Shown: in pieces, positions 40,791 through 53,236 of the stretch
Position numbering within the stretch: position 1 is the first letter of the stretch
Layout: every line of letters begins with the position of its first letter
Assembly (NCBI GenBank): GCA_028023455.1
Contig: JAQFVV010000003.1
Location: forward strand, 26,536,001 to 26,600,000
Direction: 5' to 3'
Length of the DNA: 64,000 bases
DNA from: Epiperipatus broadwayi
Taxonomy: Eukaryota; Animalia; Onychophora
Program-made: the position numbers and the translations under genes
The notes under the pieces: generated by a model
What the model was told of the DNA's origin: nothing
The model's input: only the letters and a program-made list of their open reading frames with translations
The model's database searches: none

Positions 40791-43126
40791 TGTCATATCC
40801 TCTTCACAAGGTTAATCTTCTTAGTGTCATATGTAATCTAATCACTGTTGATAAATTTTTATAATTATTCTATGGTCCAAATTTTTAATCATAATGGAAA
40901 TGCTCACAGAATTAAATGTCTTTTTGTAATTTTCTTCAATATTTAAATGTAATCCACTGTGTAAAATTACTTTTATATCCAGCTTTTCTTTTGACTGATG
41001 ATAATCCAAAGTTCACTATAACCAAATTGTAATTGTTTTAATGATAGAAGATTAATAGGTGTATAACGCTTTTTTTAAGTTTATCTTTGTCTTTTGGTGT
41101 ATAACTTTGACAGTATTTTTTCTATTTTTTTTCACTTGCATCCGTTAGACTATAAATAATAATTTCATCATTTTCTAGAGCTTTTCTTCATAGACTTAAT
41201 TGCATATCTCATCTCTTCATTTAAAAAATCTGGTAATCCAAAAGCTGTTGTAATTGTAGGGGATAAATTGTTTTGTTATTGTTGTTTTTTATTATTATTA
41301 TTATCTAATTCTTTCTAGAACTTTTCCACACATTTCATAATATTATTTTTCTTTTTAGTAATAGTTTCATTTTTTCTTTTTATTGCTGAAATAAATTTTT
41401 TTCTTACACATTTTTGAGACTTTATTTTCTTATATTATTTATTAATTTTTTCATACCATTTTACAAAACTCTGGATATTCAATTGTAATGGATCATTTTA
41501 AATGTTTTCATATTCTTTTTTTTTTTTGTACATTATCTAATCTCAGTATAAATTTTACTGGTAAATTGCACATTTTTAAAGTCACCTATCTTTTTTTTTT
41601 TGTAGTTCTTAATAATGTATCAGTTATCTTCTTACTGATTTCAATCAAATTTAAGTCATCTTCAAAGTCTATTAATATTTTAAAATGATTTGCAAGTTCT
41701 AATTTAAATTTATAAGAGTGTTTCTGAAGGTTAGGAACATCAACTACCAATACTGTATCTTTCTTAATAATTTTCTTCTGTCTAGTTTTTTATTAATATG
41801 TATCTTACATCCCTCTAATCAGTGATTGCTTTTTGTATTGAATCTATTTTAAAAACTTACAGATTTTAAATGCAAATTTTCTGTTAATCAGAATATCTAA
41901 TTTTTCTATGCCTTCATTTAGTTATTTCCATATCTATCTCCATTTAGCAGTTTTCTCATAAAAAGAATTCATAATATAGATTTGTTTTATTTTTTTGCAA
42001 AATTTATAAGCCTATGTCCTTTCTCACTCTGTCACTTTAACCACATTTAACCACAGCATTTTCATTTTTCAATTATTTACAATATTTACAATTTTAGTAT
42101 TAAAGTCTCCCCTAAAAATTTAAAATGTTATTTGTGATTGAAAGCATTGTGTACATTCATATAAAATTTTCTATTTTTTTATCACAATGAAAACTTACTG
42201 GGACATAAAGCTGAATTAACATTTAGTATTTTTCATTAAGTTGAGTAACTAATCTTCCCACTCTACAATGTTTGTTTTTCCACTTTTTATTTATAATGAG
42301 TCCCACTCTACTTGTGCTTTCAGTATTTATGTTTTTGTACTATAATACATATCCACTTTTTATATCAATTGTCTCTTTATCTTTTCTTTTAATGTCACAA
42401 AGTCTGACATATTCTTTTAATATTAATTCATTATTTTTTCATTTTATGTAATATTTTTTCACTTGAAAGAGATCTTCAGTTATAGAAGTCCCTTATCAAT
42501 TAGCAGATTGGTCAAAACTCAGAAGATTCTTAGCATCCTCTGTCTTTGACCACCAACCTTTTGGAATAAGACACATAATTTAGTTGTGTCTGTCATAATT
42601 GTAAATATCCTTTAATGATGTTAACTCTTTATATTTCTTCTATTTGTAATGTAATAAGTGTGCTTATAGACAACTATAGAGGTGCTTGTTATTTCTATAA
42701 ATTAAATACTGCTTAGCACTTTCAAGAACAAGTTTCTTTATAGTTGTGTATAAAGATACTTTTTACATTTATTAAATATCCATTAAGAAAAATCCATTCA
42801 CATATAGATTCACACTGCCTTCAAGAAAACTCAACTGATATTTCAGTTAAGAGCTATCAGGCAACTAAAAAGAAAAACCAGAAGTAAAATTCCAATACAC
42901 TCACCATGATGATTGATGTGTATATTCTTGAGCAACCAATGATGTTCATTTCTCATATGGAATAATCATATAATAATATCAGTTGAAATGACAAGAATAT
43001 ATGGATTGAACATTAGGAATTTATTCTGCTCGGTTCCTTTAAGGCCACAAAGAAAAATCAAAGGTCTCCTTTTAGTTAACAGCCAATTTCTTATGAAATA
43101 TCAATATTTTTAATATAGATACTTAC

Positions 43127-43202
43127 ACAGTTCAATTGTAGCATTTGATAAATATTTTCAGAATTTGACAATATTCTAGACCTTTGTCTTGAGGTTGCAA
43201 AG
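43127..43202 (-). CDS. Candidate exon (xFATSRQRSRILSNSENIYQMLQLNC); a longer acceptor at 43238 gives a frame with a late stop
   Basis: Strong donor TGT|gtaagt. The acceptor is ambiguous. Confidence 0.3.
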
Positions 43203-43329
43203 CTTTAATCAGCATGGAAATACTTGTAGAGTCACATGCTAAAACAAATTTTATGAATTTCATGCATAATGATAACTTATATTCATTAGTTTTTCTCTAA
43301 CTTTGATTAATATTTGGTTATAAAACTTA

Positions 43330-43900
43330 TGTCTGTCACCATTTTTAAATTCAGTTTGTACTTTTAGTTGACTTTCCATCTATTTTTTTTTTATTTCCTC
43401 TTGTGTATGTTTTAAAATATTTGCAATGATTTCACTCTGGGAATTTTCCATTCTTCATAGATATAATTACAAATCTCAGCTGTTCACACATAGCACTCAA
43501 AATTTTGAAAGTTATTTGAATTGTAGAAGCTATTTTGTTTTTTGTTTGTTTTTATTAATCTATAAATATTTGTAGAATTCTTCCACATACTTCATAATAT
43601 CTCTGTTTGATTATAATAGATTTTTTTTTTCCTAATAAAATATTTTCTTTAATTTTTTTTTCCAATGCCTTTATCAGTTTTCCTGTTGTTCCAGAGTTGT
43701 ACATCTAACAGACTTCAGAGCTATAATTGATAGATATGTTAGTTATAACATACTCTCAAATAAATTTAAAAGTGCAAAAAATTACTATTTACATAAAAAC
43801 AATATATTTGTTTTTAAAGGTAAGAATATCAACTGTTGATACTATCTTTCTTAATAATTTTTGTTACCTCTAGTTTTGTAATGACATGTGTTTACATTTC
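43330..43900 (-). mobile_element. Decayed internal RTE LINE fragment
   Basis: ttccacatacttcataatatctct and tttcttaataatttttgttacctctag match 59680-59710 and 60175-60200. Confidence 0.6.
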
Positions 43901-44287
43901 ATTAATAAATACATCATTATTAGCAGGTAGTCATTCATAATTCTAACCCCAGAAAAGAATTAAAAAATTAGAGGTATGTTATGATGATTATACTAATTAA
44001 TTCATGTAACTCATATTGATTGATATACATCACATCCTACTCTTGTAATTTATTTATTTGATATCTCAAAGTACTGTCTGTTAACTTGTGCATGTGACCC
44101 AATGTTTTTAATTTCTCATAGATTTTGCATCTTGCCTAATTATAGCTGTACTTTATCTATCCTCATCTATATTCTTACAATGAAAGCAATTAATAATCTT
44201 TATAACATCAACATGATATCATTCGCTTATGAAAATTATATTCGTTTTTAATAAAATAATTTTAGGAAATTAATAATATTCATTTAC

Positions 44288-44375
44288 TTCAAATATCCAA
44301 TTGATCACAGTTATATCTTTGCAGCAGTAATTCTAATATCCTACAAGCTGCAAGAGTCTCCATGCATATTGGAGT
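44288..44375 (-). CDS. Candidate exon, possibly terminal (TPICMETLAACRILELLLQRYNCDQLDI*)
   Basis: Acceptor cttttcttcag. The phase-0 frame is open for 28 codons and is compatible with 47961-48053. Confidence 0.35.
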
Positions 44376-47300
44376 CTGAAGAAAAGCTGTATATTTTGTT
44401 TATTACATGCTCTATAATTAAAACATTTATGGGCAACCTGCAGCCCTTTATGACTCATCCAGTAGTCCTTCTTAATTTTTTTTTTTTTTAGTAATATCAT
44501 GGTTACTTGTTTATGATTTACTAGCATAATTTATTAAAATTTTATGTTTTTTTTTATATTTATCATTTCATTCAAAGTTTCTTTCAAATAATGTTTGATA
44601 TAAGTAAGTGATTTCTCAAATAATCAACTATTGACAATTAATGATTTAAATTTTACTATATTTAATACCTGATCTGCCAATTATAAGTGACTTGTTGCAA
44701 CAATTTTTAAAAACCAGCAATATTATTTGTAGACAGAGTTGAGTGCAGTTTGTCATGTTCTTTAAAAGTCAAAGGGAGTTAAGTGTTGTAGTTTTTTTTT
44801 TTAATCAGCTCACTTTCAATGGTATTCATTGTTATTATTCTTCCAGAAATTTACGTGAACATTATATATATAATTATTTCAAGCTGATATTTATAGTATC
44901 AATTTTAAAAAATCTTGAGCACTTAACCACAAGCAGTTTAAAGAATTTTTAGAAATCATTTCAGAATGACTTATTCTATCGTCTATTCCCCCCCTCAATA
45001 AAGAGTCGCAAAAAGATTATATAAAAATTTTCTTTAAAAATAATTTTATTTTTATGTATTTTCTTTCTAAATATAGTGTTTATGAAATTTTTTTATTGGT
45101 ATTGCAATGTTTATTATTTTTAGTAGTGCAGCTAAATATATGATGATGAATGTGTAATGCAGTTTGTTGCTTGAAAAATGTTCCCCGTGTGAGAGTTAAA
45201 GGATTGATTCTTAACCTGTGTGTTTATCTATAATTTGCATATTCTTTCAATCCTTCATTATGTAATTAAAAGCAATCAATCCTTAAGCTATCAACAATCT
45301 CAACCTGTAGTCAAGGCAACCTCCATTATCAGTAAAGGTGGTACCAGCTTTATCTATGATCTGCTATGTTTATCTAGACACTAAAGATTACAACTTGACC
45401 AAGGACTGTGAGATTAATAATGCAAAGCCTTGAGTAATTGGCTTTATTATTTTAGTAATCATTATATATTTATATACAAGACTTACTTCAACTATATATA
45501 TCTCATTACATAAACAAAAGAATTGTCCATTAATTCAGAATACAAATTAATATATCAGAAATAGAGGAGATACATGCATATTTGAGCAGTAATATTAATA
45601 TATACTATTTGCTATCTGAATAGAATTGATATCCCAATGCGTTCAGGAAAAGATAATACGAGTCAGGTATTTAGTGACTGGCAGCTTTTATTAGGTCTAA
45701 AGTATATATGCTTATCCGAATGTAAGTCAGTATTATATGTATTTATATGGAATTAGTTTTCACAGATTTGACTTTCATAGTCTGTATTATTTCAAACTTG
45801 ATAGAGCAGGTTATTTAAAAAAAAATTGTTTTATTCATGACAATGTGATTTACGTCAAAATAAAGAAATTCCAGTCAATTAATATTGGTATTTAATCAGA
45901 TTTAGCATTTCAGTGATTGTTTTATTGTTAAACATTTTACCTTTTAAATTGGCAAATTTCCCACTCATACTTATTTAAAGGAGTTATTTAACTTCTTTTT
46001 TTTTTCCCCAATTCTGGCTTTATTAAAGTAGAATAGTGTGTGTGCATGTTGTTGCTTTTTTATAAAATCTTTATTCAAAATCCCTATTGTTTTTTTAATT
46101 TCCGTTCAAAGTTCACTTCCTGACCTAAAAGAAAAAGATTTATGAGGCTGGATATTGCAATAAAGTTAATCATTATACTGATGACTTAAATTGTTTACTC
46201 AATGTTTACATAGTGAGTTGAAGATCCCATTTTGTTTATAGGTGAAGTACAAAGAGTAGTATACAAGTATTAATTCTCGAACTTTTGAGTCTTGTTTCAT
46301 TCATCAAAGTTTTCTAATGCCAATTTATTTTTTCTATACTGATTTTTCAATTAGTAAGTAGAAATACCGAAATTATTAAGTTGTGATGAGATCATTTGTA
46401 AAAGCAAAAAGAATTCCTACCCTTTAACAAATACACACTTAATAAAACATTTTTTTAAAAAGTCTCTTTTTCTGCTAATGTCTTGTAGAGAGTGAGTATC
46501 TGAAAGTCGAATTCAAGGAATGGTTTCTCTGCTTAAAATAATAGAGTGCTACAATGATGAATCATATCTTGGTCATCTTTACCTAGTTCATACTTAAAAC
46601 TTCATTTCAACAATGGTAGCACAAGTTAATACAGTATTAATAATCATGTAGTGATTTTTTTCAGGGATCATGTTATATTCAATCATCTATCCTACAGACT
46701 TGACAATACAATTCAATTGACCAGTTTGAGTTTTTTAAAAATTACTTTAGCTCTTGAATTCACTACTTGACAATACAATTGAACGCACAGCACAATGGTA
46801 AAAGTAGAACAAAAAGTGAATAATTTTAAGTTAAGAAAATTATTTTTAAAAAATCTTACTTTGTCAAATTTAATAAAATTATAGAATACATATCACTTTG
46901 TTATACAAATGCCATTATTTTATTAACATTCAGGGTTTTTACACAGTTTAACTATCAATAAAATATCATAAAGGAACTTAATTCCTGTCAGGAAATAGAT
47001 TCACTAATGGTTTTATTAAATTCTTTAATTCTGATGTTGTAAGTAAAAATTTGATAATCATTATCATGGTTTCTGTTTATCTATATCTACATACATCAGT
47101 GGCTATTAAATTTCATTTATGAAGCAATTAAGAGTCATGACCATGAATTGTCCTAAATCTTTTGATGGGACTCCAGTTATATCTAGAAAGATCAAAATCT
47201 GCTGGCTTTGTTAATGAATCTGAAAAGAGACTTTTGTTTAGAACTTTATAATAAGTTTGATTTGTCATGATAAATCCAATTTACTTAACAATCATTTATA

Positions 47301-47960
47301 CATCATCTTTAATGAAGGGATATGTGAAAGAATAGGAAACCAATGCAAAGGAATAGATTTGAGTGTGTCTTAATATTTTTATGATAATTTTAATGTGTGA
47401 AATTTTCTTCAAACAGGGACATAATATTCACCAGTAGAATATTTTAATACTAAGGAAACTGTTTATAAAATACTTGTATAAACTATCATAAATAATGCCA
47501 GAATTAACATTACTAAAGTAGCTGAAATAATTGAACTCTGGTGTAACTTCTGCATTTATGGATTTTAGAAACTAGTAGATGAAGATCATTTTTCTAAACA
47601 GAATCATAAACTGAAATTAGATTAATAAAAGTAGTACCATTTTTATATTTATTTTGGAAGATTTTTTTATACAGTTTGTTGGTCATAATATCTTTCTTTT
47701 TTTTTTTACTTTAACTCAATCTATTCTATAGATACATGGCTCTCATCTATTGGAAAAATTCTTATTAATATGATTCTTTCAAATAATTTGTTGGAAACAT
47801 ATAATAAGGATATTGAGCGATAATTTTTGGATGATTGTTGGATTATTTTAATTTTAAGACTGCTATAGTTTTGTTTTTATGCCAAATTTTTGGAGTAGTT
47901 TTTAATATGAATAATGTTATTTAATAGTTTTGATAATTATGTTTTGGCTTTAGGTCCTAC

Positions 47961-48053
47961 ATTTTTCAGGAAACGTGGAAATATGTTATCTGTCTGGAGG
48001 GCGGTTTCTGCTTTAAGACAATCAAGAGCATGTTCAGCTTCACCAACATCTAT
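47961..48053 (-). CDS. Candidate 93-nt exon (IDVGEAEHALDCLKAETALQTDNIFPRFLKN)
   Basis: GC-elevated patch with acceptor catcaatag, donor AAT|gtagga and an open frame (phase 0 to 0) that joins 48659-48696. Confidence 0.55.
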
Positions 48054-48252
48054 CTATTGATGATATTAGATGAACATTGTGAAAGAAACGTGCAATTCTA
48101 TTCTAAAGATGTCTTTTCTCTATCAATTTTGGATTTAAAAGTTTAATATAAAATATTGGCTATTTCATTAGCAAGGCAAAAAAATGTTTATTTTAAAAGT
48201 GCTTTTAAAATTTCCTGAACCAGGTGATTATAAAATATAATAATTTACTCTA

Positions 48253-48380
48253 GATAAATACTTTTTATATAATAAAGATATATATGAGAGATAGTGAGCT
48301 TGGGAGTCATTTGTCTTTTATTATATCTTTATTTAAGTGAATTTAAAAAGAATGGGGAAGTATGGAGGTGTTTATTATAT
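48253..48380 (+). mobile_element. Hammerhead-element subfamily 2 copy lacking the catalytic core
   Basis: Colinear with 54737-54905 except that 40 nt (54784-54823) are missing at 48299/48300. Confidence 0.85.
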
Positions 48381-48658
48381 CTTAAAAAATTAACTGAAAT
48401 GTAAAATGATAAATTACTTGAAAATTATAATGCTATGAAAATAGCTATAAATGCCTAAGTGATATCACTTGGTTGGTCATATAATTCACTATCTATTTAT
48501 TCAATTTTTTTTTAGTTACGGTAATGTATAAGCTGAATTACAAATTAATAAGTTCTTGTATCATAAGCTTAATGAGTATTCCATTTTTTACTACCCTTTG
48601 TCTATAATATACTATTTAAGAATTTTGTTTATATATATAAAGTAAAACGAATGCTTAC

Positions 48659-48696
48659 TTTGCATATGTGCGGCTTGCAATCACACATACTGCAGT
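48659..48696 (-). CDS. Candidate 38-nt exon (xCSMCDCKPHICK)
   Basis: Acceptor ttttttctag, donor AAA|gtaagc, phase 1 to 0. Confidence 0.55.
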
Positions 48697-49446
48697 CTAG
48701 AAAAAATTGATTTTATTTCCAATTGGTTTATTTTCCCCTTTTGTCATCTCATTATTTATTGATTTAAATAGATTTTTCTGAAATGATTTTAAAAATATAA
48801 TAATTCTTTATTATAAAGCTAAGTTATTATATTTTGTTTCAATATGACATTTAAATTGAACTATTATTATTTGAATTTATTGTTTATATAGAAAGAGTTT
48901 TTATTTTTTGTCATATTGAATTGTTTATTTTTTGTAATCTTTGTCTTTATAAATAAAACTAAATAGAGTGGCATGCTTTTTTTCAAATTAACGTACTGTC
49001 ATTGTCCTCTGAACTTTAAATGTATTTCATAATTTAATATGAGTGTTGGAAAAACAAAATAATCTAAATATTTAGTTATTTTTTTCTAATCTGAGTCAAA
49101 TTATTGTATACTATTTTTCAATGTGTATCCAAGAAAAGTGCTTGTGACCTGAAACTTGAAAAAAAAAAAGTTCTGACATTCCAGTAAACTGCCAAAAAGA
49201 AAATTTTAAGAAGCGCTGTTTACTGTCAACTTGATGATTGATGTTCAAATAAGAATTTAGCTGCAGTAAAAATTTTGTCATAATTATATTAACATAAATC
49301 TCCTGGGGTGGGGATTTTGACAGGCATTTATTTTTTTGTTTGTTGATAGTTTGTTTTAAGTAAAAACTTTATTAGTCATTATTTCATAGCAAGGGAAATG
49401 TTTATAAAAAATAAGATTTAGAGAATGAAAGTGACTTTAGACTTAC

Positions 49447-49470
49447 GATTCAACATTGAGTTAAATCGCA
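49447..49470 (-). CDS. Candidate 24-nt micro-exon (xRFNSMLNx)
   Basis: Acceptor tcttctttttaaag, donor ATC|gtaagt. Only the phase 1 to 1 frame is open. Confidence 0.5.
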
Positions 49471-51234
49471 CTTTAAAAAGAAGATTTTGTAGCAGTTATT
49501 ATAGGAACTTAATGATGCAGCACTACTGCATTAGCTTACCATGCCTGTAATATATGTTTGAATCCTGGTTTAAGATCACAACAGACTTAAAAGTTTTATT
49601 TTAGATAGATAGCTTATAACCAATCTAGTTCATCATCCAATAGAGAATACTAAATGGTATTTAATTCTTAATTAGAAAATAAAGTTCCTAAATTTGTCTG
49701 GACTGATCAAATAATTGTTGATATAGTAATTGTGAAAATAAAAATATAAGGAAACATGATGGAGGCGATATTTATTGTTTATGCTAGAAGTGTCATACTA
49801 TTACAACTATTGAGCTCATGATCCTTATTATCAACATTATAGTAGAGATAACTTGAGAAATTTGTGAGTCATCATCGTTTTTTATTTGATAAAAGATAAA
49901 CTCTATATATTAATTCAACCTTCTCCAAGCTTAAACTATTCTTTTTTTTTTTTTGCTTTTATTAATCTTATAACTATTTCATTTTATATATATTATCAAT
50001 CAATTTCTTTTGTTATTTATATATGTAAAACTATTTTCATAACAACAAATATCAGCAGATGAATATAAAATATTGTATGTCAGATGCAATCTTTTTGTGG
50101 AGTAAATTAGGCATATAGGCTGCAGATTGGGGATATTTGCTCTAAATACTTAGAAGCATCAAATTGTTATATCACCTTCTTGCCCAACTACACCCATAAA
50201 TACTCCTTTACACTGAAATGCATTTATTTTCATTTCAAACTTACTACAAATTTTATTATTCTATGCAATATTTTGTTAGATTGACATTTTATTATTTTTA
50301 AACATTGCTATATTGCAAATCAAACAGATGAAATGGATTTTCATAATCCCAATACTAATTTAAATGTACTATTATCTTATAATCATTGATTACTCAATCA
50401 TATTAAAATGGCATTAAAGTGGAGAACATTTGTTTCTATTAAAACAATGATTATAATTTATTTTGATTGATATTAACAAAACAGTAGACAAATCATATTC
50501 TTGCGACATACCCCTATTTAATCTTCTAAAAATTACCATAGATATTAGATACCTGAATTAAACAATGAACTCAATACCCTCTGAAATAAAACATCTCCCC
50601 TATTATCAGTGGAAAATATTTTTTTTACAGCCTAATATGTATTACATGATGGCGGTATGCATTAAAAACTAACATTGTTACAGCAGTGAATAAAAATCTG
50701 ACTCTATAGGTACACTTTTTGAAGTCTCTGTAAATATCAAGAAATCTTTCTAATTTTTAGAGTTATTTAACTTCTATATGGCTCAGGTATATTGATAATG
50801 TCTAACAAAGTTTGGAATACAATGACAGCCAATTCTAAAGCAACTCCATTACATGAAAAGAAATATTAAAACTCAGGATGTGAGCAGATATACACTTAAA
50901 AATAATTGTAAAGGTTGAAGTAATAGCTATACGTAGGAAAAAATAAATAAATTTAATCTGAAATCTTTAAATTCTACCTAATAATAGCTAGATAAATATT
51001 CAGTGGCCATTATTAGATTGTTATCTAAATTGGCTATTTGAAAGAAAAAATTATATCTGTTTAGGATTTTTTAAAATTTCCAAGATTCATCCAGTATTGA
51101 TTTGACCTCTGTGTCATATGTATTGCAAGTTGGTGTGCCAACTATTATACTATAAATTCTTCTCATTAGTGAATTAATGGGAGTAACAAACATAATGAAT
51201 CATGTAATACTGAAAGGCTAGAAATTACAAATCA

Positions 51235-51290
51235 AATTTTAAGCTGAGCCTTGAGCTCTCAAGTCTGCCACTCTACTGTTATGCTAAAGT
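51235..51290 (-). mobile_element. Degenerate tRNA-derived SINE head
   Basis: Minus strand ctttagcataacagtagagtggcagacttgagagctcaagg is similar to 22141-22212. Confidence 0.4.
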
Positions 51291-52717
51291 GCATAAAACA
51301 GTAGAGAGTAATGGAAATAATTACAATTTGGGAGAAGATGGATATTTAAGGTGTCATATTTGTTACTATGACTTATTGTATACTTATATAGTTTGATTTC
51401 TACATTTATAAATCTTATATATAATATAAATAAATTCCTGCTTACCATTTTTTAATTTATTTATTTTAAAAAAAGATTCCCAAGATGAAAAACATGTTAT
51501 TTTAACTGATGATAAAGTATGATTGCTGTAGGAACTGTAATTATGATTTGATTTTTCTACTTTGGCATAGTTTCCATTTAATATTATGATAGGATGTCAC
51601 AACAACATTTGACCCTTTTCTTTTTTTTATGAGATGTTTAATCACTATTTCTTTTATATCTATAATATTTTTATGAATTTAAAATGTTTAACTTGTCATT
51701 TGATAAAATTAAGAAAATTATTTTGATTTGTAATATGACCAGGAATGCTGATTATTTTATAGGAAGTGTTGATAATATTTTAACCATGAAATAAACATCT
51801 ATATAAACCAATTGTATAAAATTTTATAAGTTTTATCTATAATATATAAGTATATATGTTAACCTGCATTTCATGGTGAATTGTGTAATTCCAAAAAAAT
51901 AGTTTTTTTTAAATATATTTTTAATTATTTATTGAAACATTTTGATTTTACATTTATGCAGGAGATTTTTATTTAGTGTATTGCATTGAACACAAATCTG
52001 CATAAATGTGATTGAACCCTTGTAGATAATGATAAAAAAATATTGGTACTTCATGAATAAAAGTTTCCCAAGTAGGATGCTTACAAAATAAAGATCTTTT
52101 ATAACACAAAAATATTTTTTAAATGTTATAGCCAATTTTACTTTTGTTATATTATATACAATTATCACAATTATTCTTTATCTTAAAAAAACATTCTATG
52201 AATATCTTAAATGGCACATTAGAAATATTAAAAGCAAGAAAATATGACATCACATGCCAGATGAAACTACCTGAGATTGCTATTAAAAGATAGTGTTCAA
52301 CTGAAAACAAAGATTTTATTTAAAATTGCAAAAAGTCAATTAAAAGATGTAGTGCAGATGGTAATTTAACAAAAGTTTATCTAGATGAAATAAACTTCTA
52401 ATTTTTAAGGGAATTACATTACTATACAAATCTTTACTGCTGATTGCAACTTAAAAAATAAAACCAAAAAAGGCTCTAGTTTTATAGAGGCTGCATAATT
52501 TTTTTTTAGAATGCTTTGCCAAATCATTATAACTAATTTTTTGAAAATCTAATTTAAAAAAAAATAAAATCTTCAATTTGTTTTTTTTTTTATTACATAC
52601 CTTTTTTAATTCCCTAATAATTATTTGAGTTCACAAATTTATAATTATTTCTTAGAAGTATCAATATAAAAATAAAAACCATTATAAAAAATATTTTTTT
52701 TAACTTTGCAAATATAT

Positions 52718-53236
52718 AATAGCTGACTAAAAAGTGCAAAATAATAAAGTAATCCCCTCTTGGTTAATTTCCATTCTTGGAAAATATTAGAAATCTTAAG
52801 AATCTAGACTTTTTATAAAACAATTGAAAATTACAGGATATTATTTCATAAAAGCATTTGAGACCTTTTTCATTATTATGATTTGATTAAGTTAAATAAT
52901 TTTACTTTTGGGAAATGTATGTATTCAAGCACAAGTGCGTGTGCGGCACAACTGCTCCCAAAAGCTGTTAATACAAATACAAATAGCTAACTAAAAATTA
53001 GTTAGCTATTTGTATTTGTATTAACAGCTTTTGGGAGCAGTTGTGCCGCACACGCACTTGTGCTTGAATTATTATGATTTATTTGAGCCTCAAATGTTTT
53101 TATGAAATGACAATATTTTTGCAATTTCCAAATGTTTTATAACAAGTCTAGATTCTTAAAATCTGATATTTTCCAAGAATGGAAAATTAACCAAGAAGGG
53201 ATTATTGTGTTATTATGTACTTTTTAGTTGGCTATT
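52718..53236. mobile_element. Old foldback element (imperfect arms ~52718-52864 / 53087-53236)
   Basis: For example taatcccctcttggttaatttccattcttggaaaatatt versus gatattttccaagaatggaaaattaaccaagaagggatta. Confidence 0.8.
52923..53069. repeat. Perfect 72-bp inverted repeat with a 3-nt spacer
   Basis: 52923-52994 is the exact reverse complement of 52998-53069, and the spacer is aaa. Confidence 0.95.

Larger units (their letters stand above)
39565..42600 (-). mobile_element. Nearly full-length, strongly decayed RTE LINE interrupted by a hammerhead element
   Basis: 3' tail at ~39565, RT remnants on both sides of 40434-40790, APE N-terminus remnant at ~42300-42490 and 5'UTR-like sequence at 42490-42600. 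Colinear with 58109-60600. Confidence 0.8.

Noticed and set aside
45900-47900. Possible L1 ORF2 relic (YTDD at 46174-85)
   Set aside because: Only one short motif is present and no other RT blocks were recoverable.
45622-48059. Plus-strand exon pair 45622-45664 + 47969-48059 (LISQCVQEKIIRVRKRGNMLSVWRAVSALRQ...)
   Set aside because: It overlaps the better-supported minus-strand exon 47961-48053, which fits a three-exon phase chain. It is not fully excluded.
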